NCBI GenBank assembly: GCA_963736775.1
Contig: CAVTPY010000012.1
Location: 1,904-65,903 of the forward strand
Direction: 5' to 3'
Source: Vulcanimicrobiota bacterium
GTDB lineage: Bacteria; Vulcanimicrobiota; Vulcanimicrobiia; Vulcanimicrobiales; Vulcanimicrobiaceae
Length of the DNA: 64,000 nt
The notes beneath the pieces are model-generated. The model searched no databases. It was not told the DNA's origin and was given only the letters and a program-made list of their open reading frames with translations. Both the position numbers and the translations under genes were made by a program. This document shows, in pieces, positions 19,682-28,626 of the stretch. The number at the start of each line of letters is the position of its first letter. The stretch's first letter is position 1.

Positions 19682-21031
19682 ATGGCCTTCTTCGATCGAT
19701 CGAACGCGGTGGCGAAGCCTGGCTTCAATCGGTGGCTGGTCCCGCCCGCGGCGCTTTGCATTCATCTCTGTATCGGCGAAGCGTACGCCTTTAGCGTCTT
19801 TACCAAGCCGATGGCGCAAGCAATCGGCATCACCGCTCCAAAGCCCGGCGCAGATTGGACGGTTCCCGAACTCGGCTGGATCTTCAGTCTCGCCATCTTG
19901 ATCCTCGGCCTCTCCGCGGCATTTGGCGGCAAGTGGGTGGAACGCGCGGGCCCGCGCAAGGCGATGTTCGTCGCGGCGCTCTTCTTTAGCAGCGGCCTGA
20001 TCCTTGCGGGTATCGGCGTCAACGCGCATCTGCTGTGGCTGGTCTATCTCGGTTACGGGGTGGTCGGAGGATGCGGGCTCGGCATCGGCTACATCTCACC
20101 GGTCTCAACGTTGATCAAATGGTTTCCCGACCGGCCGGGCTTAGCGACCGGCACCGCCATCATGGGCTTTGGCGGTGGCGCAATGATCGGCGCTCCCCTC
20201 TCCGTACTGCTCATGAAACACTTCGCCAACGCGTCAGGCACCGGCGTCGCGCAAACGATGTTCGTGCTGGGCGTTCTCTATTTCATCTGGATGGTCGTCG
20301 GTTCGCTGATCGTGCGAATCCCGCAAGAAGGCTGGAAGCCTGCCGGCTACATCGCGCCGGTCGCTTCGCAGGCAATGATTACGAGCAAAAACGTCGTGCT
20401 GGAACGAGCCCTGCGCACGCCGCAGTTCTATCTCCTCTGGCTCGTGCTCTGCTTGAACGTAACCGCGGGAATCGGGGTGATCGGCCAAGCGTCGCTCATG
20501 ATCCAGGACATTTTCGGTGTGACTGCCGTGGCCGCCGCGGGCTTCGTCGGCCTCATCAGCCTCTTCAACATGGGCGGCCGAATCTTTTGGGCGTCGCTCT
20601 CGGACTTCGTCGGACGAAAGCGAACCTACGCCATCTTCTTCGTCGCGGGCGCGCTACTGTATGCCTTCGTTCCAACCTGGGGACATCTGCACGCCGTCGC
20701 GCTCTTCGTCCTGTCGTTTCTGTTGATCATCAGCATGTACGGCGGCGGCTTCGCGACGATTCCGGCCTACCTGCGCGATCTCTACGGAACCGTTAACGTC
20801 GGCGCGATCCATGGAGCGCTGCTGACGGCATGGTCGGTTGCCGGAATCGCGGGGCCGGTCCTTATCAACTACATCCGCGAGTACGAGATCAATCACGGCG
20901 TCGCCAAGGCCGATGCATACTCCGTTACCATGTACGTCATGGCCACGCTCTTAGTCGTCGGGCTCCTGTGCGATCTCGCGGTTCGCCCGGTCGACGACCG
21001 GCACTATCTCGAAGCGCAAACCGTAACCTGA
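19682..21031 (+). CDS. MFS transporter, oxalate/formate antiporter (OFA) family
   Basis: Start at MAFFDRSN. FNRWLVPPAALCIHLCIGEAYAFSVF and 12 predicted TM segments are typical of OFA-family MFS proteins. Confidence 0.85.
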   Translation: MAFFDRSNAVAKPGFNRWLVPPAALCIHLCIGEAYAFSVFTKPMAQAIGITAPKPGADWTVPELGWIFSLAILILGLSAAFGGKWVERAGPRKAMFVAALFFSSGLILAGIGVNAHLLWLVYLGYGVVGGCGLGIGYISPVSTLIKWFPDRPGLATGTAIMGFGGGAMIGAPLSVLLMKHFANASGTGVAQTMFVLGVLYFIWMVVGSLIVRIPQEGWKPAGYIAPVASQAMITSKNVVLERALRTPQFYLLWLVLCLNVTAGIGVIGQASLMIQDIFGVTAVAAAGFVGLISLFNMGGRIFWASLSDFVGRKRTYAIFFVAGALLYAFVPTWGHLHAVALFVLSFLLIISMYGGGFATIPAYLRDLYGTVNVGAIHGALLTAWSVAGIAGPVLINYIREYEINHGVAKADAYSVTMYVMATLLVVGLLCDLAVRPVDDRHYLEAQTVT

Positions 21032-21041
21032 GGTTTCTACG

Positions 21042-21179
21042 ATGGATCAGCTCGAAGAACGCATGCGCCCCGAAGACAGCAACACGACGATGCTCGTCCT
21101 AGCATGGCTCTGGGTCGGAGTACCGCTGGCGTGGGGCATCGCCGTCACGATCGACAACGCCGCGAAACTCTTCCAGTAG
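21042..21179 (+). CDS. small membrane protein resembling the MFS-transporter small subunit found after OFA genes
   Basis: 45-aa ORF absent from the supplied track (below the length cut-off): MDQLEERMRPEDSNTTMLVLAWLWVGVPLAWGIAVTIDNAAKLFQ. One TM helix. Starts 10 nt after the MFS stop. Confidence 0.55.
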   Translation: MDQLEERMRPEDSNTTMLVLAWLWVGVPLAWGIAVTIDNAAKLFQ

Positions 21180-21196
21180 CGCGACTCTATGAACGG

Positions 21197-21766
21197 CTAC
21201 AAATACCGTCGCACGCGTGCCCGATACGCCGCGAACTCTGCGCCGTAGCGTTCTTGAAGGTACGCCTCCTCACGCAAAACTTGGCGATGCAATAATGCTA
21301 TACCAGCGGCAAAGTATAGCAACAGAAGCCAGCGTGGCTGTATCAAGAACTCGCCGAGCAAGACGGAGCCGAAGGCCACATAGATAGGATTGCGGGTAAA
21401 TGCGAAGATGCCCGACGTAATGAGCGCGTTTGGGTGTTCGGTATCGATTCCGACGCGGAAACTCGACCCAAACGACGCGAGGCTGGCGACCATCAAGCAT
21501 AGCCCTGATGCGCAGAGCAGGACGCCGATCCACTGCAACGACGCGGCTCGAAAGAGCTGCTCACCCGCGAAGGTCGGCCAGCTAAACGTGCCGGCGAATA
21601 TGAGATAGAAGTACGAGAACGCAAACGGCGGGATCAAGAAGTCGGTCTTGTCGATCGTGCCGAATTTCATCGCGACGATACCACGTTGCTTTAACATCCA
21701 CACGCGCACGATCACGATGGACATCAGGAGTACGATGGTCAACGCACCGAGATAGCCTGGCAACAC
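21197..21766 (-). CDS. isoprenylcysteine carboxyl methyltransferase (ICMT/PEMT-like) family membrane methyltransferase
   Basis: GIFAFTRNPIYVAFG...REEAYLQERYGAEFAAYRARVRRYL is the typical C-terminal signature. Confidence 0.8.
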   Translation of the reverse strand: MLPGYLGALTIVLLMSIVIVRVWMLKQRGIVAMKFGTIDKTDFLIPPFAFSYFYLIFAGTFSWPTFAGEQLFRAASLQWIGVLLCASGLCLMVASLASFGSSFRVGIDTEHPNALITSGIFAFTRNPIYVAFGSVLLGEFLIQPRWLLLLYFAAGIALLHRQVLREEAYLQERYGAEFAAYRARVRRYL

Positions 21767-21859
21767 GCTAGCGCTCCGTTTAGTCTCTAATGCTAGAAAC
21801 CCCGTAAATGAGATAGCGGCCGCCCGGTTTCAATCTCTCAACGTGGGGTGGTACGGGGC

Positions 21860-21897
21860 TTGACAATCCGGACGCTTAACGGTATTGTTATATAACA
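21860..21897 (+). promoter_or_regulatory. sigma70-like promoter (TTGACA-17-TATTGT) with an overlapping 12-bp perfect palindrome TGTTATATAACA, putative ArsR operator
   Basis: TTGACA at 21860-21865, TATTGT at 21883-21888, palindrome at 21886-21897. The ATG of the ArsR gene is at 21900, implying a leaderless or near-leaderless mRNA. Confidence 0.55.
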
Positions 21898-21899
21898 TT

Positions 21900-22238
21900 A
21901 TGGTTAATAGTTCTGGAAATCTCGATGCGGTATTCTCAGCTCTGGGAGATCCGACCCGAAGGCAGATCGTCGAGCGCCTGGCTCGAGGGCCGCTGTCGGC
22001 CGGCGAGATCGCATCGGGTTTTCCCATATCCCAGCCCGCGATCTCGAGGCACCTTCGCGTGCTCGAAGAGTCGGGCTTGCTCGAACGGCACGTCTCGGGC
22101 CGCGTGCACCGCTGCACGCTCTCGCCAACCGTCATGAAGGCGGCCTCGGGCTGGCTCGACAAGCAGCGCAGCTTCTGGACCGCCGCCCTCGATCGCCTCG
22201 ACGATCTCCTCGCAAAGTCTCACAAACGAAAGAAGTGA
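21900..22238 (+). CDS. ArsR/SmtB-family transcriptional regulator
   Basis: ALGDPTRRQIVERLARGPLSAGEIASGFPISQPAISRHLRVLEESGLL. The ATG at 21900 is preferred over the TTG at 21885. Confidence 0.9.
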   Translation: MVNSSGNLDAVFSALGDPTRRQIVERLARGPLSAGEIASGFPISQPAISRHLRVLEESGLLERHVSGRVHRCTLSPTVMKAASGWLDKQRSFWTAALDRLDDLLAKSHKRKK

Positions 22239-22708
22239 CGATGAGTAACACACACACGCCGGTCGCGCCGGCACTCGTACTGCGCCGCACGTACGCGTCT
22301 CCGCGGCAACGCATCTTCGACGCCTGGACCAAACCCGAGCTCGCGATGAAGTTTCTCGGCCCCGACGACGTCACCGTGACCGACGTTCGGATGGACGTGC
22401 GGACCGGCGGCTCGTACACGATCACGATGCTCATGCCCGACGGCGAACGCTGGAACGTGGGCGGCACGTACCGAGAAGTTCGCCAGCCCGAGCGGCTCGT
22501 CATGACCTGGCGCTGGGAAGAAGACAAGCCGGAAGACGAGCACGATACGCTGCTGACAGTCGAGTTCAACGATCTTGACGGCGGGACGGAGCTCGTACTC
22601 ACGCACGAACAGTTTGCGAGCGAAGATTCTCGCGACGGGCACCAAAAAGGCTGGACGGCCATCATGGAACGGCTCGCGATTCTCCCTTACTTGGAGAAAG
22701 AGCAATAA
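22235..22708 (+). CDS. SRPBCC (AHSA1-like) domain protein
   Basis: 157 aa. The pattern LRRTYASPRQRIFDAWTKPE...GGTYREV..PERLVMTW...LTHEQF is typical of ArsR-linked SRPBCC proteins. Overlaps the arsR stop. Confidence 0.75.
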   Translation: MTMSNTHTPVAPALVLRRTYASPRQRIFDAWTKPELAMKFLGPDDVTVTDVRMDVRTGGSYTITMLMPDGERWNVGGTYREVRQPERLVMTWRWEEDKPEDEHDTLLTVEFNDLDGGTELVLTHEQFASEDSRDGHQKGWTAIMERLAILPYLEKEQ

Positions 22709-23481
22709 TGACGATCGCTCATAAAACTGCAAGTCGCGAAGAGTGGCTTGCAGCCCGGCTGGAACTTCTCAAGGCTGAGAAAGAGCTGACCCGGCACGGC
22801 GACGAGTTAGCGCGGCGGCGGCAAGAGCTGCCATGGGTTCGAATCGACAAGAATTACCGCTTCGAGACCGACGAGGGTAACGTGTCGCTCGCCGATCTTT
22901 TCAAAGGACGCTCGCAGCTCCTCGTCTACCATTTCATGTTCGGGCCCGATTACACGGCCGGCTGCCCGTCGTGTTCGTCGATCGCAGACGGCTTCAACGG
23001 TTTCGTCGCCCACCTCGCGAATCACGACGTCACGCTCTGCGCGGTCTCGCGCGCTCCGATCGCCAAGCTGCAAGCGTACAAGAAACGGATGGGCTGGAGC
23101 TTTCCCTGGGCGTCGTCGTCCGACACCGACTTCAACTTCGACTTCCAGACGTCACAAACGAAAGAGCAGCAGCAGTCCGGCACCGGCGAATACAACTTCG
23201 CTCCGAGCGACGTGCGGCCGATGCTAGAGAATAGCGACGAGCATCCGTGGCCCGACCAGTTCGCCTCGAGCACCGGCACGGACGTGCCGACGTACTTCCA
23301 AGAGTTGCCGGGCGTGAGCGCGTTCGTGCTCGAGGACGGCGTCGTGTACCATACGTACTCGGCCTACGCGCGCGGCGTCGACGGGCTCTGGGGTATGTAT
23401 CAGTGGCTCGACCGCGCCCCACGCGGGCGCAACGAGAACTTCGACGACGACCCTTGGTTCCGCCGCCACGACGAGTACTAG
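22708..23481 (+). CDS. DUF899 thioredoxin-like family protein
   Basis: REEWLAARLELLKAEKELTRHGDELARRRQELPWVRIDKNYRFETDEG...LLVYHFMFGPDY..GCPSCS. Confidence 0.8.
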   Translation: MTIAHKTASREEWLAARLELLKAEKELTRHGDELARRRQELPWVRIDKNYRFETDEGNVSLADLFKGRSQLLVYHFMFGPDYTAGCPSCSSIADGFNGFVAHLANHDVTLCAVSRAPIAKLQAYKKRMGWSFPWASSSDTDFNFDFQTSQTKEQQQSGTGEYNFAPSDVRPMLENSDEHPWPDQFASSTGTDVPTYFQELPGVSAFVLEDGVVYHTYSAYARGVDGLWGMYQWLDRAPRGRNENFDDDPWFRRHDEY

Positions 23482-24581
23482 AGCGAGACGCTGGTGATCG
23501 GCGTAGGCTGATCGGTTTCCATCGGTAGATACTTGACGGTTGAGCCGGCGCTTGCCAAGGCTTTGCGAACGTCGACGCTGCGCAGCGATTGATCGTTGAA
23601 AGTTCGGAAGTAGAACTGAAGGTTCGTCAGGTCCTCGGCTGTGGTCCAGAGCGTCCACTCATCGATCGTCTTTCCTTGGACTTCGTCGCGAACGGCGCCG
23701 ACGGGGATGTCGAAGTTGTTAAGGATGTGGAAGACCTGCTGCACCGCATCGCCCGCGGTTGCCGGCTGCACGGCTGCCGCTTCATAGGCGACGGCGCGCA
23801 CGAAGCGCGACGGCGGCGTGAAATCGCCGGGAATCCCGTAGAAGCCCGATCCCTGACCGAAACTGTTCAGCGTTACGCCCTGTATCGTCATCGACTCGCG
23901 GTTGTTCGGCGAGAGGCCGACGTAGTTGCTCAAATTGGTCATGTGCCAATCGAACGCCGGCGAGTTCGTGATCACGCCGAGCGAGTCGTCGTAGATCACG
24001 AGCTTCCCGCCGATAGGCTCGACCACCACGGTGGCCCCGGTCTTATCGGTGATGCGAAAGTGCACCGGCGGCGCCATCCCGAGCTGTGGCACGACGGTCG
24101 GCGCGAGCACCACTTTTTCGTAGGCGGCTTTGACCTCGGCGACGCTGGCAAAGTTCCCCAGAATCCACATTGAGTACTGATAGCCGGCCATCGCGCGCGA
24201 TGCATTCTCCGGCGTTACGTCGGTGTATCCGGCAGAACCCGGGAAGAAGAACTCGCCGACGTACAATCCTTGGTCGTTGAGCCCATCTACGACCATCGGT
24301 AAACCAAATGCATTGGCGCCGACGATGCCGTACTTCGTCGTAAACGAAATTCCCGACCCGCCATTCGGCAACGAGCCCGTGACCAGCGTTCCGGCGGGAT
24401 AGACCAGCACCTTCGATTGTAGATCCGCGCCGAACTCGAGCGTACGTGCCACGACGACGGCGCCGTCTTTGGCGGTCAATCGAATTCCGGTGCACGCGCG
24501 CGCGGACTGCCAAACAAATAGCGAAATCGTCGCCAGCGTAAGGATCGTTACATAGCGCTTCATGCTTTTGTTTTCGACCAA
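23478..24581 (-). CDS. choloylglycine hydrolase / linear amide C-N hydrolase (Ntn hydrolase) family, secreted
   Basis: Signal peptide ending ...SARA followed by the nucleophile CTGIRLTAKDG. The start could alternatively be MKRYV at 24563. Confidence 0.8.
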   Translation of the reverse strand: MVENKSMKRYVTILTLATISLFVWQSARACTGIRLTAKDGAVVVARTLEFGADLQSKVLVYPAGTLVTGSLPNGGSGISFTTKYGIVGANAFGLPMVVDGLNDQGLYVGEFFFPGSAGYTDVTPENASRAMAGYQYSMWILGNFASVAEVKAAYEKVVLAPTVVPQLGMAPPVHFRITDKTGATVVVEPIGGKLVIYDDSLGVITNSPAFDWHMTNLSNYVGLSPNNRESMTIQGVTLNSFGQGSGFYGIPGDFTPPSRFVRAVAYEAAAVQPATAGDAVQQVFHILNNFDIPVGAVRDEVQGKTIDEWTLWTTAEDLTNLQFYFRTFNDQSLRSVDVRKALASAGSTVKYLPMETDQPTPITSVSL

Positions 24582-24645
24582 GCGAGCGCCATCTCATTTA
24601 AGACGCGTCCGAATCGTTCGCTGGACGCTTTGGGTTGTTGCATGG

Positions 24646-25515
24646 ATGAACAATCTCAACACCACCGGTTCGTTTCCGCTTGGCGATCGTTCGGTGAAAC
24701 GACTGGGCTTTGGTGCGATGCAGCTGGCCGGCCCGGGCGTGTTCGGACCGCCGAAAGATCGCGAAACGGCGCTGGCCGTGCTGCGCGACGCGATTGCGAG
24801 CGGCGTTAACCACATCGACACCAGCGACTACTACGGCCCGCACGTCACCAACGTGCTAATCCGCGAAGCGCTGCATCCCTACCCGGACGATTTGGTGATC
24901 GTGACCAAGGTCGGCGCCGTGCGGGGTGAGGATGCGTCGTGGCATCCGGCGATGACGCCCGCGCAACTTACGAGCGCGGTTCACGACAACTTGCGCAATC
25001 TTGGGCTCGAGTCGCTGGAAGTCGTCAATCTACGAATCATGGGACAGGGTCTTGGCCCGAGCGAAGGCTCGATCGAGGAGCCATTGACGGCGCTGGCCGA
25101 GTTGCAGCAGCAGGGCCTGATCCGACACCTGGGTTTGAGTAACGTCACTTCCGCGCAGGTCGAGCAGGGGCGTGCCATCGCCGAAATCGTCTGCGTGCAG
25201 AACCACTACAATCTCGCCCACCGCGACGACGACGCGGTCATCGATGCGCTGGCGGACGACGGCGTTGCCTACGTGCCGTTCTTTCCGCTCGGTGGTTTCA
25301 CGCCGCTGCAATCGTCAACGCTGTCCGACGTGGCGGCGCGCCTCGGCGCCACTCCAATGCAGGTAGCCCTGGCGTGGCTGCTGCAGCGCGCGCGCAACAT
25401 ACTGCTGATCCCGGGCACGTCGTCTCTCGCTCATCTGCACGAAAATCTCGCGGCTGCGAAGATCGAGCTCCCCGACGATATGCTTGCCGAGCTCAACGGC
25501 ATCGACGAGTCGTAG
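24646..25515 (+). CDS. aldo/keto reductase
   Basis: Start at MNNLNTTGSF. LGFGAMQLAGPGVFG, INHIDTSDYYGPH, HLGLSNVT, QNHYNL, IPGTSSLAHLHENL. Confidence 0.9.
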   Translation: MNNLNTTGSFPLGDRSVKRLGFGAMQLAGPGVFGPPKDRETALAVLRDAIASGVNHIDTSDYYGPHVTNVLIREALHPYPDDLVIVTKVGAVRGEDASWHPAMTPAQLTSAVHDNLRNLGLESLEVVNLRIMGQGLGPSEGSIEEPLTALAELQQQGLIRHLGLSNVTSAQVEQGRAIAEIVCVQNHYNLAHRDDDAVIDALADDGVAYVPFFPLGGFTPLQSSTLSDVAARLGATPMQVALAWLLQRARNILLIPGTSSLAHLHENLAAAKIELPDDMLAELNGIDES

Positions 25516-25520
25516 CCACC

Positions 25521-27197
25521 CTAGGCTGACGCAGTTTCACCGATATACTGATGGACGAGCGCGATCGCCATGCTGCCCTCGCCGACGCTCGAGGCGACGC
25601 GTTTCATCGAGCCATGCCGAACGTCGCCAGCCGCAAAGATTCCGGGAATGCCGGTTTCCAGCAGATAGGGATCACGCGCCCACGTGGCACCGGCGGGCCG
25701 GAGGTCGAGGACGTCGCGCCCCGTGCAAATGAACCCCTGCGCGTCGCGAATCACTGCGCTCGGGAGCCACTTCGTGTCGGGCTCGGAGCCGATGAAGATG
25801 AAGAGCATGTCGGCGGGAAACCTCTTCTGCTCGCCGCTTTGGTGAACCTCAATGGACTCGAGGTGGCCGGTGCCGCTAACGCTGACGCATTCGCAGGTGT
25901 ACTCGATGAAGACGTTCTCTTTCTTCTCCAGTTCGTCGATCAGATATTGCGACATGCTTGCCGCAAGCTTCTCCCCGCGTACCATGATGGTCACTTTCTG
26001 CGCGTAGCCGGAGAAGAGCATCGCCGCCTGTCCTGCCGAGTTGCCGCCGCCGATGAGAACGACGTCTTTGTCACGCGCGTTCAGCGCCTCGGTGCGCGAC
26101 GCGCCGTAGTAGACGCCGCGCCCGAGCAACGCATCGGAGCCGGGAAGCGAAAGCTGCCGCCACTCCACCCCGTTCGCCAGAACGATCGCTTTGGTTTGCA
26201 CACGGCTGCCGCAATCGAGGACGATCGCGTGCGTTGTGCCCGGTCTATCGCGCGGCTCGATGCTGGTCGCTTGTCGCGCAACGATGATCTCCGCGCCGAA
26301 TCGCTTCGCCTGGTGGAAGGCTCGCGAGGCAAGATCGTCGCCCGAGATGCCCGCGGGAAAGCCGAGATAGTTTTCGATTCGCGACGACGAACCGGCCTGG
26401 CCGCCGGGCGCGCGGCACTCGATGAGTACCGTCTGCAAGCCCTCGGAAGCGCCGTAGACGGCCGCGGCCAAGCCCGCCGGCCCCGCGCCGACGATCGCGA
26501 CGTCGTACGTCGTTTCGCGCGGCGCCGTCTGTAGCCCCAGGCGTTGCGCGAGTTCCGGGTACGCGGGCTTGATCAGATACGAGCGGTCCGCAAAGACTAC
26601 CGCCGGATACTTGTCATCGCGCAGCAGCTCGGGCGGCACGCCCACGCCTTGGATTGCGCCGGTCTCGTCGGGTTCCAGCCAGCGAAAGCCAATCTTATTG
26701 CGCGCGAGAAAGTCTCGCAGCTTATAACCCGCCAAATCGTCGCGATGGCCGAGCACCGTAACGCTGACGAGCGGCGTTGCGATCGACGCGTTCTGTAAGC
26801 CGGTAACGCGCCGCGCCATCGAGGCGAGGATCTGACGGTTTGCGATCGGACAGCGTGCGACGAGCTCGTGAAAGTCGATCGCTTCGAGCCGCATCAGGCG
26901 TGACGGTTCGGTCGCGCGTACTCCGGCGAGGAAACCCGATCCGAGCAGGAGCGGCACCTCGCCGAAGAAGCCGCCTGGTTCAACGACGTCCACGACCTGC
27001 TCGGCCCCAGCGAGCGTCTTGACGATCTCACCCCGGCCCTCGAGAAAGACGTAAAAGGCCGCGGCTTCGCCTTCGAGCACGATCCAATCACCCGCGTTCA
27101 CGTGCAGATCTGCGCTGCGCGAGACGATCGTAGCGAGCGCCTCGTCGCGCGCCGATTCGAAGAGCGGAAGATGGGCGAGCTCGTCGACGTTAATCAT
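25521..27197 (-). CDS. cyclic-nucleotide-binding domain fused to a thioredoxin-reductase-like FAD/NAD(P) oxidoreductase
   Basis: N-terminal cNMP-binding fold (FGEVPLLLG...RATEPSRLMRL). C-terminal YDVAIVGAGPAGLAAAVYGASEGL, GGGNSAGQAA, GIFAAGDVRHGS. Confidence 0.85.
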   Translation of the reverse strand: MINVDELAHLPLFESARDEALATIVSRSADLHVNAGDWIVLEGEAAAFYVFLEGRGEIVKTLAGAEQVVDVVEPGGFFGEVPLLLGSGFLAGVRATEPSRLMRLEAIDFHELVARCPIANRQILASMARRVTGLQNASIATPLVSVTVLGHRDDLAGYKLRDFLARNKIGFRWLEPDETGAIQGVGVPPELLRDDKYPAVVFADRSYLIKPAYPELAQRLGLQTAPRETTYDVAIVGAGPAGLAAAVYGASEGLQTVLIECRAPGGQAGSSSRIENYLGFPAGISGDDLASRAFHQAKRFGAEIIVARQATSIEPRDRPGTTHAIVLDCGSRVQTKAIVLANGVEWRQLSLPGSDALLGRGVYYGASRTEALNARDKDVVLIGGGNSAGQAAMLFSGYAQKVTIMVRGEKLAASMSQYLIDELEKKENVFIEYTCECVSVSGTGHLESIEVHQSGEQKRFPADMLFIFIGSEPDTKWLPSAVIRDAQGFICTGRDVLDLRPAGATWARDPYLLETGIPGIFAAGDVRHGSMKRVASSVGEGSMAIALVHQYIGETASA

Positions 27198-27239
27198 GCA
27201 AAGCGGCTTTTCCGCGCGAGCTCAGAAATACTGCAAACA

Positions 27240-28595
27240 ATGAAGCGTATAGTATGTTTGATTGCCGGACTTGCAATCGCGAGCTTTCCGGCCGCCGCGC
27301 CGGCGCAAACGGTAACCGTCAACGGTCAGCAGTTGTATCTCAATCCCGGGCCCATCGAACGCGCCGGGCGCGTTCTCGTCCCACTGCGGGGAATTTTTGA
27401 GCGCCTGGGCGCGTCGGTCGTCTACTCTGCGGGCACGATTAACGCCACGAAGGGCGGCACGACGGTCTCACTGCAGATCGGCTCGACGCAGGCGCAGGTC
27501 AGCGGCGAGCCCACGACGCTCGACGTCGCGCCGTTCATCGTCGGTGCGACGACGTACGTTCCGCTTCGCTTCATCGCGCAGTCGCTCGGTGCAAACGTCG
27601 GCTACGATGCGTCCACGCGCGTCGTCGCGATCACAATATCGGGGCAGGTCGTGCCGATCGGGCCCGTCCACCCGCCGCGGCCTCCGCGCCCGCCCAACCC
27701 GCCGCCGATGCAAGCCATTAATTTGTACGCGCATCAGCCTGCGCCCGGCGAACGCGTTGCGAACCGGTTCGTCACGATCTCGGCGCAGTTCACACGCCGA
27801 GTCGAGCCGGGCAGCGTCCGCGTTTGGCTCGACGACAACAACATAACGTCGCGCAGCGCGGTATCTCCGAACGGCTTTTCGTATAAACCTCCGGCACCGC
27901 TCGACTTCGGCTCCCACAGAGTCCGTGTCGCAGGCCGCGGCTCGGACGGGGCGCAGTTCGATCGCTCGTGGTCGTTCTCGGTGGCCGGGGCGGCCCCGCC
28001 GCCGGCAACTCCCATCGATCTACGTGCAAAACAGCCTGCACCGGGCGCGAGCGTGAACGATCGCTTCATCGTCATCGCGGCGGAGTTCACGCGCGAGGTC
28101 GACTCTGGCAGCGTGCGAGTTCTGCTCGACGGCAACAACATCACGTCGCGCAGCGGCGTGTCGGCGACGGGCTTTTCGTATAAGCCGCCCGCACCGCTCG
28201 ACTTCGGCTCGCACATCGTGCGCGTCACCGGACGCGGTCCGGCCGGGGGTTCGCCATTTGACCGCTCGTGGTCGTTCTCGGTGAAGCGCACGGCCGAGGC
28301 GCCGCTGAGCGTCACGATAAACCAACCGGCGCCAAATGCTCCCGTCGGGCGTAACTTCGCGATACAGGGCACCACTATCGCGAACGGGCACGTCAAGGTG
28401 ACGGCCGGTGCGACGCCATCATTCACCGGCCAGTTCAACGGCGACACCGATGCCGGCCCGCGCGGCAACTTCAGGATCAGCGTGAACTTGAGCACGATGC
28501 CGGGTCAACAGGCAGTCAGCGTACGAGTAACGGTGACCGACCCGGCGAGCTCGCGAAGCACTCAGACCACGCTGCAACTTCGCTTAAAGCAATAA
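27240..28595 (+). CDS. secreted protein with a copper-amine-oxidase N-terminal-like domain and tandem Ig-like domains
   Basis: Signal peptide, then VNGQQLYLNPGPIERAGRVLVPLRGIFERLGA...YVPLRFIAQSLGANV. A Pro-rich linker follows, then two near-identical domains of about 92 aa. Confidence 0.7.
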   Translation: MKRIVCLIAGLAIASFPAAAPAQTVTVNGQQLYLNPGPIERAGRVLVPLRGIFERLGASVVYSAGTINATKGGTTVSLQIGSTQAQVSGEPTTLDVAPFIVGATTYVPLRFIAQSLGANVGYDASTRVVAITISGQVVPIGPVHPPRPPRPPNPPPMQAINLYAHQPAPGERVANRFVTISAQFTRRVEPGSVRVWLDDNNITSRSAVSPNGFSYKPPAPLDFGSHRVRVAGRGSDGAQFDRSWSFSVAGAAPPPATPIDLRAKQPAPGASVNDRFIVIAAEFTREVDSGSVRVLLDGNNITSRSGVSATGFSYKPPAPLDFGSHIVRVTGRGPAGGSPFDRSWSFSVKRTAEAPLSVTINQPAPNAPVGRNFAIQGTTIANGHVKVTAGATPSFTGQFNGDTDAGPRGNFRISVNLSTMPGQQAVSVRVTVTDPASSRSTQTTLQLRLKQ

Positions 28596-28626
28596 AGACC
28601 TAGCACCGGCGGATCCCACCGACGCC

